From Cetorhinus maximus (taxonomy: Eukaryota): a stretch of 64,000 bases of DNA. The notes below the pieces were generated by a model. That model did no database searches. It was not told the DNA's origin and saw nothing but the letters and a program-made list of their open reading frames with translations. Shown here in pieces: positions 50,671 through 63,290 of the stretch; positions within the stretch are counted from its first letter, which is position 1, and the number at the start of each line of letters is the position of its first letter. The translations under genes were made by a program, and so were the position numbers. The stretch lies in NCBI RefSeq assembly GCF_964194155.1, contig NC_135886.1, positions 81,468,001-81,532,000 of the forward strand. Reading direction: 5' to 3'.

Positions 50671-52079
50671 AAGATTTCGAAACTGGTTCAAGATAGAATT
50701 GACACTTCTTGCCATATCCAAAGCCAGTAGTGGGCAGGGATAAGGTCAATTAGGGTTTTACTGTTAACTTTGTAGATACTACACGGAGTGAAACTGGTGT
50801 CAAACCAATGGGGCATTTTTTAAAGCTATATGCAGCTAATTTAAATGTTTAACTACTGTCAGAAAAGGGAACAAAGTTCCTGCTAGACAGTGTAAACAGG
50901 TTGGAACTGGTAATTGCACTATAGCTTTCAAGCTTGGAACAAAACTGTTCATTTTTTGAATTTTAAGGTTTTAGAATTTTGTCTGGAAATTTTGAAAATA
51001 TAACATAGGTACCCAAAATTCACTTCTTGAAACAGAACTTCCCATCTTGTGTGGTATGATGATGAAGACACCAGTTCTTAAAATTTTCAAAAAAATTTCA
51101 TCATAAAGTACCTTATCTGGGGAGTCCCATATCAGAGTCAGTTCATGCCTCACCTCTCAAATGATGTAGAGAATTCAGCATGTCTGCGAAACAAAAATGA
51201 GGAAGTTGTAGTATAAATGCAACTTACGCTTTTTTTGGAGTTAAACAGAATGTGGAAATGACTAAACCAACTGCTAATTGTAACTCTCTTATTTCTAATG
51301 TAAACAAGAAATCTGGCTTCAGCACTGACAACTTTGTTGCAGCTGGCGCTGCAGCGCTGGTCATGACCTTATTTAGTTACAAATGAAGTAAGACAATTTC
51401 TTATCATCTTGCGGATAGTTATTGTTTCTCTAAATATCTGCGTAAAAGTCTTGCGTTTTGCATGTGGCCATCGCAACTCAAAATGTCACATATGAAAATG
51501 TTAGACAAGCAAAATATGAGTCACAACTTGCAGCTGATTACCTCAAATATCATACAAGATAATTTATGATTTGGATATCAATATTTGCAATTGTAAAAAT
51601 TAAAGGAGGGTAATTGTTCCACTTAGACCATGTATTCACAGGTTAGCTGTAGGATGAAGTTCTCTCTATTCTTTTCCAACAACATATCTTTACTGCAAGA
51701 ACAAAAAAATACCCTCTGATACACAAATTATCACTTATCCCTTCAATAGTTTTTGTAAACTCTCTCAATAAGACTTTTAAACCCTCTCAGTAAGGTGCCA
51801 GAATCCTGTCTGCTAACAGAGGAGAGTTTCAACTCAGTTTGGACTGGTCTCAAAAGCATGTTCTGAAGATGCATTGGCCAGTTTAATATACTGGGCATAT
51901 TGGTATCTATAATTGTGTTTGTGTCTGTTGTCTAACATAGATTTGATAAACAGATTACTTCCATATGGATCAAGTTTTCCTTTTAGAGTATCCAAGGGAA
52001 GTGAGACAACTGTACAAAAATGCAAAAAAAAGAAATAAAATGTCATATATATGTTCCTTTCTTTTTCAGGCACATTGCT

Positions 52080-52137
52080 ATGTCTACCAAAGACCCCTGC
52101 CAGAAACAGGCCTGTGAAATACAGAAGTGCTTACAAG
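52080..52137 (+). CDS. CMC4: CMC4 (Cx9C motif-containing 4) coding exon 1
   Basis: MSTKDPCQKQACEIQKCLQ. Acceptor ctttttcag| at 52069, 10 nt before the ATG, and |gtaaaa donor. Confidence 0.95.
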
Positions 52138-52297
52138 GTAAAATTTAGGATTTTCCCATTTTCTTCAGTGTACTTAAGTTTGAAGTATCTCAGTCTGACA
52201 CTCATTATATATCTATATCATCTGTCATAAATTAGTTTAATTTTATTGAGACACCAAGGTAATGCAACTAGGCTTTTACTATGCTTCACATGGTGTT

Positions 52298-52366
52298 TGC
52301 CGGGTGAAAAACAGGCATCGTAACTGGGTTCCAGAACATTCACCGAGTGAAATTGTAGCAGTGGCA
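52298..52366 (+). repeat. 69-bp copy of promoter sequence 49576-49644
   Basis: 62/69 identity by manual alignment. Confidence 0.9.
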
Positions 52367-52379
52367 CTACTATACAATA

Positions 52380-53675
52380 TATCATTTTCTCTAGCGCTCT
52401 TAAGTGTCGCTGATACACAGTCCAGGCCTCACTGTAGCACAGATGTGTGGTGATGACAAGTGCACTGTACATTAGGACTTTTGTTGACTTGCAATGGTCT
52501 TTGCTGTCAAACGTTCACTGTCATAGTTTGCAGAAGGCTGAGCTGGCGTAGCTGATCCAGTGTTGGACCTCCTCATCAATTGTGGTCTTTTGAGAGAGGT
52601 GGCTGTCAAAGAATGGAAAGTGCTCAACATATTCCAGAGTCTCTCTTTCGATAATATGGGAATGGAATATTTGATTGACCAGCTCTGGGTTGATATAGAA
52701 GTTTTATTTCAGCAAGGTTCAAGAACAGGCCTAGTGTCTTGTATGCAGAATTGAAGAGATTGAGAGTGGCTTGCAAATCTGATGCAGAGTAGGCAACGAC
52801 ACTGCAGTCATCCACGTGATCTGTAGATCATGCATGTCAATGGCAGTCAGTTTAGTTTTTGGCACAGAGGCAACTGAGATTAAAGAGTTTTCCATGTAGC
52901 TGGTAATTAACACTCACACCAGAGGGCAATTGATCTTTGATGAAGTGAATAGTCACGTCAGGTAGATTGTAAATAGTATGGGGACTGTCACACAGCCTTA
53001 CTTGACATTGGTCTGGATTTTGAAGGTCTGTTTCAAGATCTCTCACTCAAGTCAGTTGCAGTCATATCATAATGAAGCAGTTGCAGCATTGTGACGAAGT
53101 TTCCTCTGATTCAGCCACACTCTCAGCACTCAATGGAAAGATGATCGAACAAACACTAGTGACCTTCTTGAAGCCAGCTCCACAAGCATTCAGGCAAAAC
53201 TCCCACAAAATCAACTTCAATGGACTGGACACTGTGTCCGGATGGCCGAAAAGCGTCTCCCCACCAGGTCCTGTTTTCTTAACTCTCAAATGGCCAACAT
53301 TCCAGGGGTGGACAAAGAAAACGCTACAAAGATACTCTGCAGCTCTCCTTGAAGCACACCAGCATTCACATTAATGATGGAGAGGAGCTTGCTACTAATT
53401 GTTCAAAATAGCAACGACTTGTTCAGCAAGCTGCATGAAGCTTTGAGTCCAAGTGCCTTAATGATGAAACAGAGCGGCAGCAGAGAAGGAAAGAAAAGGA
53501 TGCAAATCCTGCACTCTGGATCCCGCTATCGCGTGGGATGTCCTGCCCCATATGCCCAAAGATCTGCGGGTCAAAAACAGCGTGTTCAGTCACATGAAGA
53601 CTCATGGCAGAAACCCATAACCCTGAGTAGACGTCATCCTCCGATGGAGGGACAGCCGATGACAGCAATGGTGAC
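52380..53675. mobile_element. RTE-clade LINE with inverted 5' part (minus ~52380-53055, plus ~53060-53675)
   Basis: Minus part: RT ..DDCSVVA..DLQ and EAWTVYQRHLRALEK. Plus part continues with W..DRTN, WTGHCVRM, GGQRKRYKD and CPIC. Confidence 0.75.
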
Positions 53676-54450
53676 CTTATAAATGATAGAATATAAAATA
53701 AATTGAGATGTACTCTGCAACACTGGTCTGGTGTGAAGTCCACCTACCCACACTAAAAAATAACTTCACCCTTTTATTCATTTCCCTTCCAAAAAACTGA
53801 AGAGCAAAATGTCATGGACAGAATTTATGATTTTCCTTTTACTGCCGTGATCAATATGTTTGTGTAAATGGGGTGTGTTTTTCATACCCTTGATTTGTGT
53901 GTCCCAATTAAATAATTCAGCAGCAAGCTTTTGTGAGTTTAAAATAAAGGTTAGTTATTCTCATTCAACCTGGAAAAAGGCAAGGTTTCACACACACTCT
54001 CACACACACAGCGATTAGATACAGATGAAGGTAATACACTGTTACAGTTTATAATTATCTCAATCCCTTTCATGGCAGGCCTGTAGTTTCTTTGATGAAG
54101 TCGATGCTTAAATTGAAATGAAGGCCTTGTAAAGTGTAGAATTCTCAGCAGGCTGTGAGGTTTCTTGTAGTCAAATTTCTAAGAGGTTGGTTCTTAGGTG
54201 AACTCAATGCTGGAACAGGTTGGGGGAGTCCTTCTCTTGGGATTCCCCATATACGAGATATTGCTGTTGATTACTTTGGCTGTTTGATGACTTGCAGTTA
54301 ATTTGATGGCTTTTGGTGGAACTCTTTGTCTGCAAGCTGCTTCTTGCTGATTCTAAAAGCAGACAACAAAATGTTTTGTGACTTCCACAAGTGCAAAGCC
54401 CTTTTTCCAAACAAAGGCAGATGTATATGTTGATTCCAATCTTCGTGTGT

Positions 54451-54830
54451 TGTCACTGGAACTAGTAATCCAGAGGCCCAGGCTAATGCTCTGTGGACAT
54501 GGGTTCAAATCCCATCAGGGCAGCTTGTGGAATTTAAATTCAGTTAACAATTCTGAAATTGAAAGCTAGTCTCAGTAATGGTGACCTTGAAACTATCATT
54601 GACTGTTGTAAAAACCCATCTGATTCAATAATGTCCTTTGGGGAAGGAAATCTGCTACCATTACCTGGTCTAGCCTACATGTGACTCCAGACCCACAGCA
54701 ATGCAGTTGACTCTTAACTGCCCTCTGAAATGGCCTCGCAAGCCATTCAGTTCAAGGGCAATTAGGAATCAGCAACCAATGCTGGCCTTGCCAGTAACAG
54801 CCACATCCCATGAAAGAATAAAGAAAAAAA
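54451..54830 (+). mobile_element. SINE-like element: tRNA-like head and LINE 5' UTR joined to LINE 3' tail
   Basis: 54451-54752 aligns to 17293-17556; 54753-54820 aligns to the reverse complement of 44245-44312. B-box at 54502-54512. Confidence 0.85.
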
Positions 54831-55661
54831 TTGAACACCATGAGATTCATCAAGTCTAGTTTTGGATGAGGGAAACTATCATAATACAATGGAAGGTTGG
54901 TAGGATCCATTCACGTTTCTCTTACACACATTGAGCTTCAATGTCTACTCCAGGGTGAAACAGAGAGTCAGGTGGGCTGGAACTCTATAGCCCTTTTGTG
55001 TTGATCCATCCTTACCAAAGGGATGTGTGAATGCCCTGGATGGCTGTCAATGTGCATCTTTAATTAGGTATTTACATGAGACTTAGGACTGTCTGAAGCT
55101 CAAAATGCTTTGCAGCAGCTATGTTAATAGTCTGTGTGTGACCAGTTTAGAAAGTATTGACTGAAACTTCATTATATATTAGGACATGACAAAAATATGA
55201 GAGTTGTGGGATTGGAGGAATTTACAGAGATAGGGAGGGGCAAGGACATGGAAGATTTGATCCATTGTACCAGCTATTTGGCAAATCCTGTATTACACAG
55301 TGTAAATGTCAGAATTTTATGTCTTCTATAGGGTGTTATCTTTATTCTGTCCTCCATATTCAGCCAGTTTTTCCTCCTTTCTAGTCTTTATCAGGCTGCA
55401 AATGCCCTGTAACTGAGACCTGATTCCAGGTCAGTAGCTTGGAGAAGTTAATGGGCCTGATAGTGTAGTAAAGTGGGCTATGTTATCATCAGTATAAAGT
55501 GCCTTAATTGAGGCAGTGTTTGGGACAGTGCCATCAATCTCAGCACCCATTGCCTACAAAGAAAAGGGTAGTCTTGTTCCAATCATTTTCCCGTGCCTCC
55601 TGCTGGAACTTGTGCATGTGCATATTGGCTGAGAGCAGGCTCAAGCTTTGCTGTAATACTT

Positions 55662-56975
55662 TTTTATGAACCCACCGGAGGTTACCCCTGGACAAGCCTG
55701 ATCCCAGAGTGTAACCCAGCTTGATAGATCCTAATTTTTAATTTGTTTGTTTAGATACGTGGAGAGTAGCTACTGAACAGAGTCATAGGAATCAACTGAC
55801 GAACTTTTAACAAAAGAATAAACCATTTATTTAACAAGAAAAGATGAACTATATTACAATACTCCTTCACCCACAACTATACCTTTACAGATGTATACAG
55901 ATTTGTAAGGATAACACAAATTACAAAAGCTATCTTATACTCTCATGTTCATAGTAAGTACACAATCCATGTAAACCAATTGGCTGTAGTCAGGCAAACC
56001 ACACTCTGAAACCAAGTGACAGATGCCACCTCAACCAGATGCTATGGATCTCTCCTCAGCTCCCCCCAGACGCTTGTCACACCGTGAGCCAACCAGTCTC
56101 ACTGAACTCCGTCTTTCACACAAGGGTTTCCAATCTCCACTCTCAAAGGACTCGCTTTGGAATCTTCTCCCAAACTGACGCTTTACCTCAGGCGCCTTCC
56201 ACAAGGATCACCTCCAGGATTTCGAACTCTCCTTCCGATGTTCCTCTCCCCTGGGTCACCACATGCATTCAAGCTTTCTTCCACGTATTCTCTCTCACTG
56301 ACTCAGCTATCAACAGAACACCACTGCTTCACATGCCCATAGCAAACAGTAACAGACCTTCAGCCGTCCCCTTGAGCCTTTTTGCCTCTTGCAAGCTGTT
56401 CTCGCTTTAAATCTGCTTTCTGCAGCTTTTGTCTCTTTAAATCTAAAGCTTGAAGCCTTTCTCTCTGCCCTTCACTCTTAATTTCACTTAATAGGATTTT
56501 TTCCAGGTTCCTGTCCTTTCTTTGACAAGAAGGTCTGCTTGGGACTTTCTCCTGTTCCACTCCCCTGGATTTTGGGGTTTTTTCTTTAGCTTGGGACTGG
56601 CTATCTGTCCTCTTTGCTCCATTATCTCCTGGCAATTGTCTTCAAAACCAACTGAACTCAAACAGCTTCTAAATTAAACTGCTGTTTCTAGTTTTCTCTG
56701 TGTGTGTCTGTAGGAGGGACCTGCCTCTCTGGACCCCTTGCTTCTGAGCAACAGCCCAGTTTCTCTATTCTTGTTTGTTTAACTTAGCTACAAAAGTCAT
56801 AAAACTCTCATTAGAAATGCAGGCACCCTTTAAAGTGAAACTAAAACTCAACTTGACCTTTCCTTAACAGACTAATACAGAAATACCAATCAAACTTAAA
56901 CTTTAAAGCTAAAACTCATTCCTAACACCCACAATTACAAATATAACTTACTTAAATTATCTCTATTTCCTAATA
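55662..56975. mobile_element. Probable solo LTR (~1.3 kb) in the CMC4 intron
   Basis: Decayed TGTTA.../...TAACA-type ends (ttttatg...cctaata), minus-strand AATAAA at ~55826, no convincing ORF. Appears to split an older repeat. Confidence 0.45.
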
Positions 56976-57333
56976 TTTCCACAATCCAATGGCCTGGAAT
57001 ACCTAGATTCACATAAGAAGACTGGCCACTTGAATCCACAGAACCATCAGTCAGTGCCTTCATAAGAGCAAAAAGAAACTGGTGGGCAAAAAAAACACAC
57101 GTGGGTGCTGCAGTTTCACCTCCAACACATTGTTCATTTCAAATATTCTACTTCCTGAGAAGTTAAACCAATAATCTAGAGTAACTCCTGGAGGAACAAT
57201 GTTTTCCCCCTCCATTCCGTGCTGCCAGAGAGGACCAGCCGGGGTCAGTGGTAGAAGCTTCTGTATGAAAGCTGAATTGGATGAACACCTATGATTTTGG
57301 GATGATTCGTACTTTTCCATGTTTCTTTTACAG

Positions 57334-57482
57334 CTCATAATTATCAGGAGAGCAAATGTCAGCATGTGATCCAAGAAATGCATAAGTGCTGTAAGACATA
57401 TGCAAAGACATCTGTTTGCTGTTCAGGTTTTTTGAAAGAAGAAGAAAAGAAAAGCCTACAGATATCCACCAATTGCCAGTGA
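57334..57482 (+). CDS. CMC4: CMC4 coding exon 2 (last)
   Basis: (A)HNYQESKCQHVIQEMHKCCKTYAKTSVCCSGFLKEEEKKSLQISTNCQ*, ttttacag| acceptor. Total 68 aa with the Cx9C pattern. ATTAAA at ~57670. Confidence 0.95.
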
Positions 57483-57829
57483 GTGCAAACCCTTTGCTCA
57501 TGCCTCATCTTTAGAAATTGTCATGCTATAGCATAAGACTTTGACTCTAAGTCATATCACTACTGACCACGAGGAATTGGAAAGAGGATGTAACGAGTGC
57601 AATGATGTCCTTAAATCAGTCAAATGTTAAATCGGAAGTGTACAGAATGGCACAAAAATGAATTAATGTATTAAAGCTTTACATGACAATTTTCTGGCCA
57701 TCAACTGTACATTATTTCTTGGTAAACTGTCATTAATGGTATCACAGTTATTTAATCTCAGAATGTGAATATCATTTTGAAACATGAGCATCCTAATGAC
57801 GAAGGCAAACTCTCTGTGTAGGATTTAAA

Positions 57830-58510
57830 CAGAAGTAAAAGCAGCACCTAGGGGTATTTGTGCACAAATTATTGAAGACCGGTTGAAAGTAGTTAATAAG
57901 GCATATGCGATACTGGGCTTTATAATCAGAGGCATATAGTACAAATACAAGGAGGTATGGCAAACCTTTATAAAACACTGGTTCAGCCTCAGCTGGAGAA
58001 TTGTGACTAGTTCTGGGCACCTCACTTTAGGAAAAATGTGATGGCTTTAGAGCGGGTGCTCTAAAAGATTTACAAGAATGGTTCCAGGGGTAGATTGGCA
58101 AAGTTGAGGCTGTTCTCCTTAGAGAAGGTTGAGAAGAGATTTAATATGTGTTCAAAATCATGAGGGGTCTGGACAGAATAGATAGGAAGAAACTGCTCCA
58201 GTTGGTGTTAGGGTCAAGAACCAGAGGACACTGATTTAAGGCGATTGGCAAAGGAAGCAGTGACAACATGAGAAGAAACCTTTTTATGCAGTGTGGTTAG
58301 GATCTAGAATGTGCTGGAGGCAGAATCAATTGGCTTTCAAAAGGGAATTGTGTAATTCCCATATTTGAATTATTTAATTATCTGAAAAGGTTTGCAGGAC
58401 TATGGGGAAAAGACTGGGGAAGTGGGACTAACTGAGTAGCTCTTAGAGAGCTGGCATGAACGTGAAGAGCCAAATGGCCTCCATTTGTGCTTTAAGCATT
58501 CTATGATTCT
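57830..58510 (+). mobile_element. CR1 3' fragment
   Basis: Similar to 41070-41787, ending attctatgattctat. Confidence 0.75.
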
Positions 58511-61500
58511 ATAATTAATATAATTTGCTCCCTGGTCAGAATGTCACAGTGGCATTCACTAGCAAGGAGGTACTTGCTTCTTGGCTCCCTCCAGAGGCAT
58601 TAAGTGCAAGGAAAGACAGCTTCACCAACTCTCTTATAAAATAGCCATCACTTCCTAAAGTCACATGCCAATATGAACTTATTAGAGCAAGATGTTGAAA
58701 CATTGATCTCTACCAGGCCACTCAGTCCTGCTTAGTAAAAATGCTTCTATAGATTGCTTTCTTACAAGGAATTCTCAATAGGAACCTTCTTCACCCTGCC
58801 TAAGAAATTATTACATTAGAAGTGTCATGACTGCTAACTTTCACTTTGGGATCATACCTTTCCCAAGATTAATGCCTGGTATAGCTTGATATTTCAAAGT
58901 AATTTGCCATAGTCCTACACACTCCAACACTACTTTCCTGGGCTGTCTGTATTTGTCACAGATACAATATAGCAATTACATATCTAAACCCCGACTAGAC
59001 ATCATTGTTTGGATGTGTCTTGATTCCAATGCCAGACTCTTGTTCCCAACCCATCACAGAATAATAAGCACTATTATTATATCACTAGATTTATCCATTT
59101 GAATCTGCTAGGCTCATCATATAGGCAAGCACGTGAAATCAAAAACTAGTCGGCACTCCACTGCCAATACGGCATCTAGCCCAACAAGCTGGTAAGTTAT
59201 TTTACTCACCTAATAATAAAAATTCATGCAGGGCAGCTTTAAAAGATGTGTTTTTCAGACATTGCTGGAATTGAGACATTGTACCTGTATTATTAAAGTA
59301 TGCTTTTTAGTGATGACAGAAAAACTCAACTTCCAGTGACACCACCGGTATTTACTTTGCTGGTACCATCTCTCTATATGCAAAGACAATAATCATTAAG
59401 GTGCACTGGAACACTGTCTATGGTCAGCACTGAAAATTTGTTTCTGTATAGGACATAGCATGAAATGAGAATGGAAGCATTCCATGAACACCTTGATGTA
59501 TATTCAAGCACTAAATAGGGCCTTGTAGTGAAGCAAAAGTAACAGAGCTTAAGATTCTTGGAAACATGAAGGGTCATGTGTCTGATTGTCATTGCTACAA
59601 TTGTGAAAAGCCATATCTACAGCTCTATGTGCAAACCTCCTGTTGGACAGTATTTTGTAGAACAGACTCCATATTACTATAGACCTGTCTCCAAAACAGG
59701 TTTTCTTTTTCAGTTTCTTATATCTTCTTTGAAGGAGGCTTAAGATATGTGGAAGGCTATTTGGTCTATCTTCTCTATCTTGCCATCACAGCTTCCAGCT
59801 GCTTCTCAAATGGCTCAAAGTCTTTTGCTTCTACTATAGTATACAGAACTCACTGCATGTGGCGTTTACTCTGAATTTCGTGACAGCAGCCTGTGGTACT
59901 GTCAGGAAATACTGTCAGACAATAAATTTTCTCCGCAAATAGACAGCTGCCTCGGAGCACATTATTTCCATCTGTTCCATCTCAAACTACATTTCTCGTC
60001 CTCTTTCCACCAAGGATAAAAGGCCAACGGCACTGAAGACAAATATTGCAAGAATTATGTCATGTTCATGAGGCAGAAACTCACCAAGGTTTCTTCAGAT
60101 GCACCTCTCAAACCCATAACCTGTACCACCTAGAAAGACAAGTGCATGGGAACTCCACTACCTTTAAGCCACACATCATACATAATCTGATATGTATGGA
60201 TGTTCCTCCTCTTCACTTGTTCAAAATCTTGGATTTCACTACCCAACAGCATTTTGAGAGCACTTGCACCACCTTTTGTACTTTAAGCACATCTGCCATC
60301 ACCTTCTTAGGGTAACAAATGCTGGCATGGCCAGCAAATACCTAGTCCCAAGAATGGACTAAAGCTGCTTGGAACTCCAGAGGATCATTACACCTGGAAT
60401 CAGTAGGATCTAATCTCATGTAATGGCTTTATCCAAATATCCTTTACAAAGAAAATTTAAGAATTGCAGATTGCCAAAACTATCCTATCTACATAAGACG
60501 AGTGTTCTGTTCACCGTAGTGCTTTGATTTACAAAAAAAAACCTCTAGGTCTGATCAAACCTCTCCAATATCCACAACGACCAACGTCTTGTCACAAAGT
60601 AGTTCCTGTGAATTATCTTTAGCCAAAGAAAACAATCACTTTGAATTGGAGAAAAGGACCAGTGAAATGGAGACATCCTATCCAACTAAGGAGGTTATAA
60701 GCATGAGTGAAAAAACAGGAGCTCATCAGGGAAAAGTGCCCCTGCCAGCCTTCCAAACAAGGATGTTTGGATCCCCAAGCACATTGGGTAAATACTTGAA
60801 AGTTAAAAAGAGAGCTATGGGGAAAGAGATTACTGGTATTTAGATAGCTGTATCAACGAGCCTGCACAGGCATGATCAGCTATATGGCCACCTTCTGTGC
60901 TGTACCATTCTATAATTCCCCCACAGGAGGGAAGTATGACTGTGTTTTTACTATAATTGGTATTGACTTTGTTTAAACTACCCTGTTACCATCCCAGGGA
61001 TTGGCTGCACTTACTGGCACTTCTTATAGCTCACTGGGTCCTCTGTAAAATGAGGCTGAAATAAGCACATCTGCCATTCAGTGGCAACCCCATCAGAATA
61101 TCCTAATATACCACAGTCCAAAAACTTCATGCAGCACCACCGCAATAACTTCACAGCTTGGTTAATGTCCATATTAGGTGTTACCTGGTTAGGTGTAGAA
61201 CCTACATTGGTAAAACCTGGCACTAGCTTGTCTTTATGAATGGGCATGGGTTCTTGCCATGAGATCTCACTGTAGATGGAGATCAATACAAAAGGCAATG
61301 AAATACACAACATTTGGTAAAACTTCTTTATGCGGCACTTTCTCCACACCAAGTTATCAGAGTAGTGCATTCTTTTTCAAGAAACAATACAATACTTAAA
61401 GTACAATCATAAAATAAAGTGAACATAATGTAAATAGGAGGCACAAAGTGGCAAAATATTCAGTAAAACATATCTGTACTAAGCAAATGAAGCAACTGTG

Positions 61501-62796
61501 TACATTTAAAAATAAATCTATACATACATGAGAATTTAATGCAAACTATCAAGTTTCTTATACACATATCAGATTGCAGGCCACAGTACTGCCTTCACCT
61601 TGGCACACTTAAATGCATTTAAATATAGTACACTATTTTATTATATATGTCCTTCAGCTGCATTCTTAAATTCAAATCAGGGAGACAAATCTAACAAAAT
61701 CTCTGATGCATTAATTTTTCAAGCAAAATACTGCCTCTAAAAATACTGCCTTTTGGCTAGAATGACAAGCAAATACCAGTTTAAAAATGAAAAACTATAT
61801 TGAATTTTTACTGAATGAGTACCAGCTCCCTCCTCCACCCCCCACCCCACCCCATTATATTTATCTGTGAATCGGACAGAAATTTAACTGGTGTAGATGT
61901 AGGAGAGGAAATAAACAACTGTTTTTTTACACAAATTTTTAACACTAATTTGAAAGACATCAGATTTTTTTTTAGAATCAGTGATTGAAGACTAGGACAC
62001 ATTCTGCACTCTTACTGTAGTGATCCTTCCTCTCCTCTGGGTTTTTTCAAAGAATCAGGACAATAGGTGCATCAATTTTAAAGAAAAAGACTCCCCATCT
62101 CAGATCATGTATCACATTGACTAATTGATAAGCATCTTCAAAAATATTGTTAGCAAATCTTCTCATTCTCTAGTAGGTTAAGGTCTTCAACTTAAGAACT
62201 GTAATTGCAGTCAGCAATTTTTGTTTGGTGGGCAGAAGGTGCAGATATAGCTGTCTTGTGGCCTTAAATGTTTACTTAATTTCCTCAAATTGAAGATACA
62301 ATTCCCAAACAGGTAATAAATTAATGATGCAAACAATCAAGCTCCCATGACAGAACTTGCATTTCAATCCAAGTTCTGAAAAGGGTGGTTGGTGGCAAGG
62401 GTGGGACACAAACAATTAACCGAGGACAAAAAATATATTATGCCCATTATGATAAAAGTGACCATCTAACTTTTTGTCAAATAATAAATGAGAAATTAAA
62501 TACTAGAAATTCATATTCAGTAAAACAGACCTGAAGAATTTAGATTGTAAAGAATTATGTTTGGGATCTATTTTGAATAGTGCAGGCAAAAGCTATTATC
62601 TGCTGTAAGGGGATAGCAGGGTTTTTGTTTAAAGAACAAATTCACTAGTTCACCCAAAGATTAGGTGTGTAAATGTTTAAAGGATTTAAATGGTTTTATA
62701 GGCCTACACCAAAAATACATGTTACTGTTCCATTTTCACAAGTAGCAAATGGAAATTTCCATTTAGCTCACTTTTTAAAGTTACTTTTTAAGATAA

Positions 62797-63290
62797 ACTT
62801 GCATTTATACAGCACCTTTCATGTTCCCAGGATGTCCCAAACCCTTCACATCCGATGAAGTACTTTTGAAACGTAGTCACTGTTGTAACTCTTTTGAGTC
62901 CAAATCAAACAAACTAAATTAACAAATCCGGGACAAATTAAAAGGCAGCCCCTTAAAGGGAAACTGCAAAAACAAAAGACAAAATTTGAAGGAGTCAAAC
63001 ACAAGAAGCCAAATTTGCACACAAGGTCCCAATGTGACCAGATGTTTAAGTGATTATGGTTGAGAGATAAATATGGGCCAGGACACCAGAACTCACCTGC
63101 TCTTTTTTGAAAACTACCACTGGATCTTTTACATCTATCCAAAGAAATACAGGGCCTCAGTTTAATATCTCATCTGAAAGACACCACTTCCACTAGTGCA
63201 GCACTCCCTCAGTACCACATTGTGTCAACTTGGGTTTTATGCTGAAGTACCTGGAGTGGGACATGAACATATGACCTTCTGAATCAAAAG
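62797..63290 (-). mobile_element. Old SINE with L2-like tail
   Basis: aacttgcatttatacagcacc tail, core catctgaaagacacc and tRNA-like head near 63250-63285. Confidence 0.55.
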
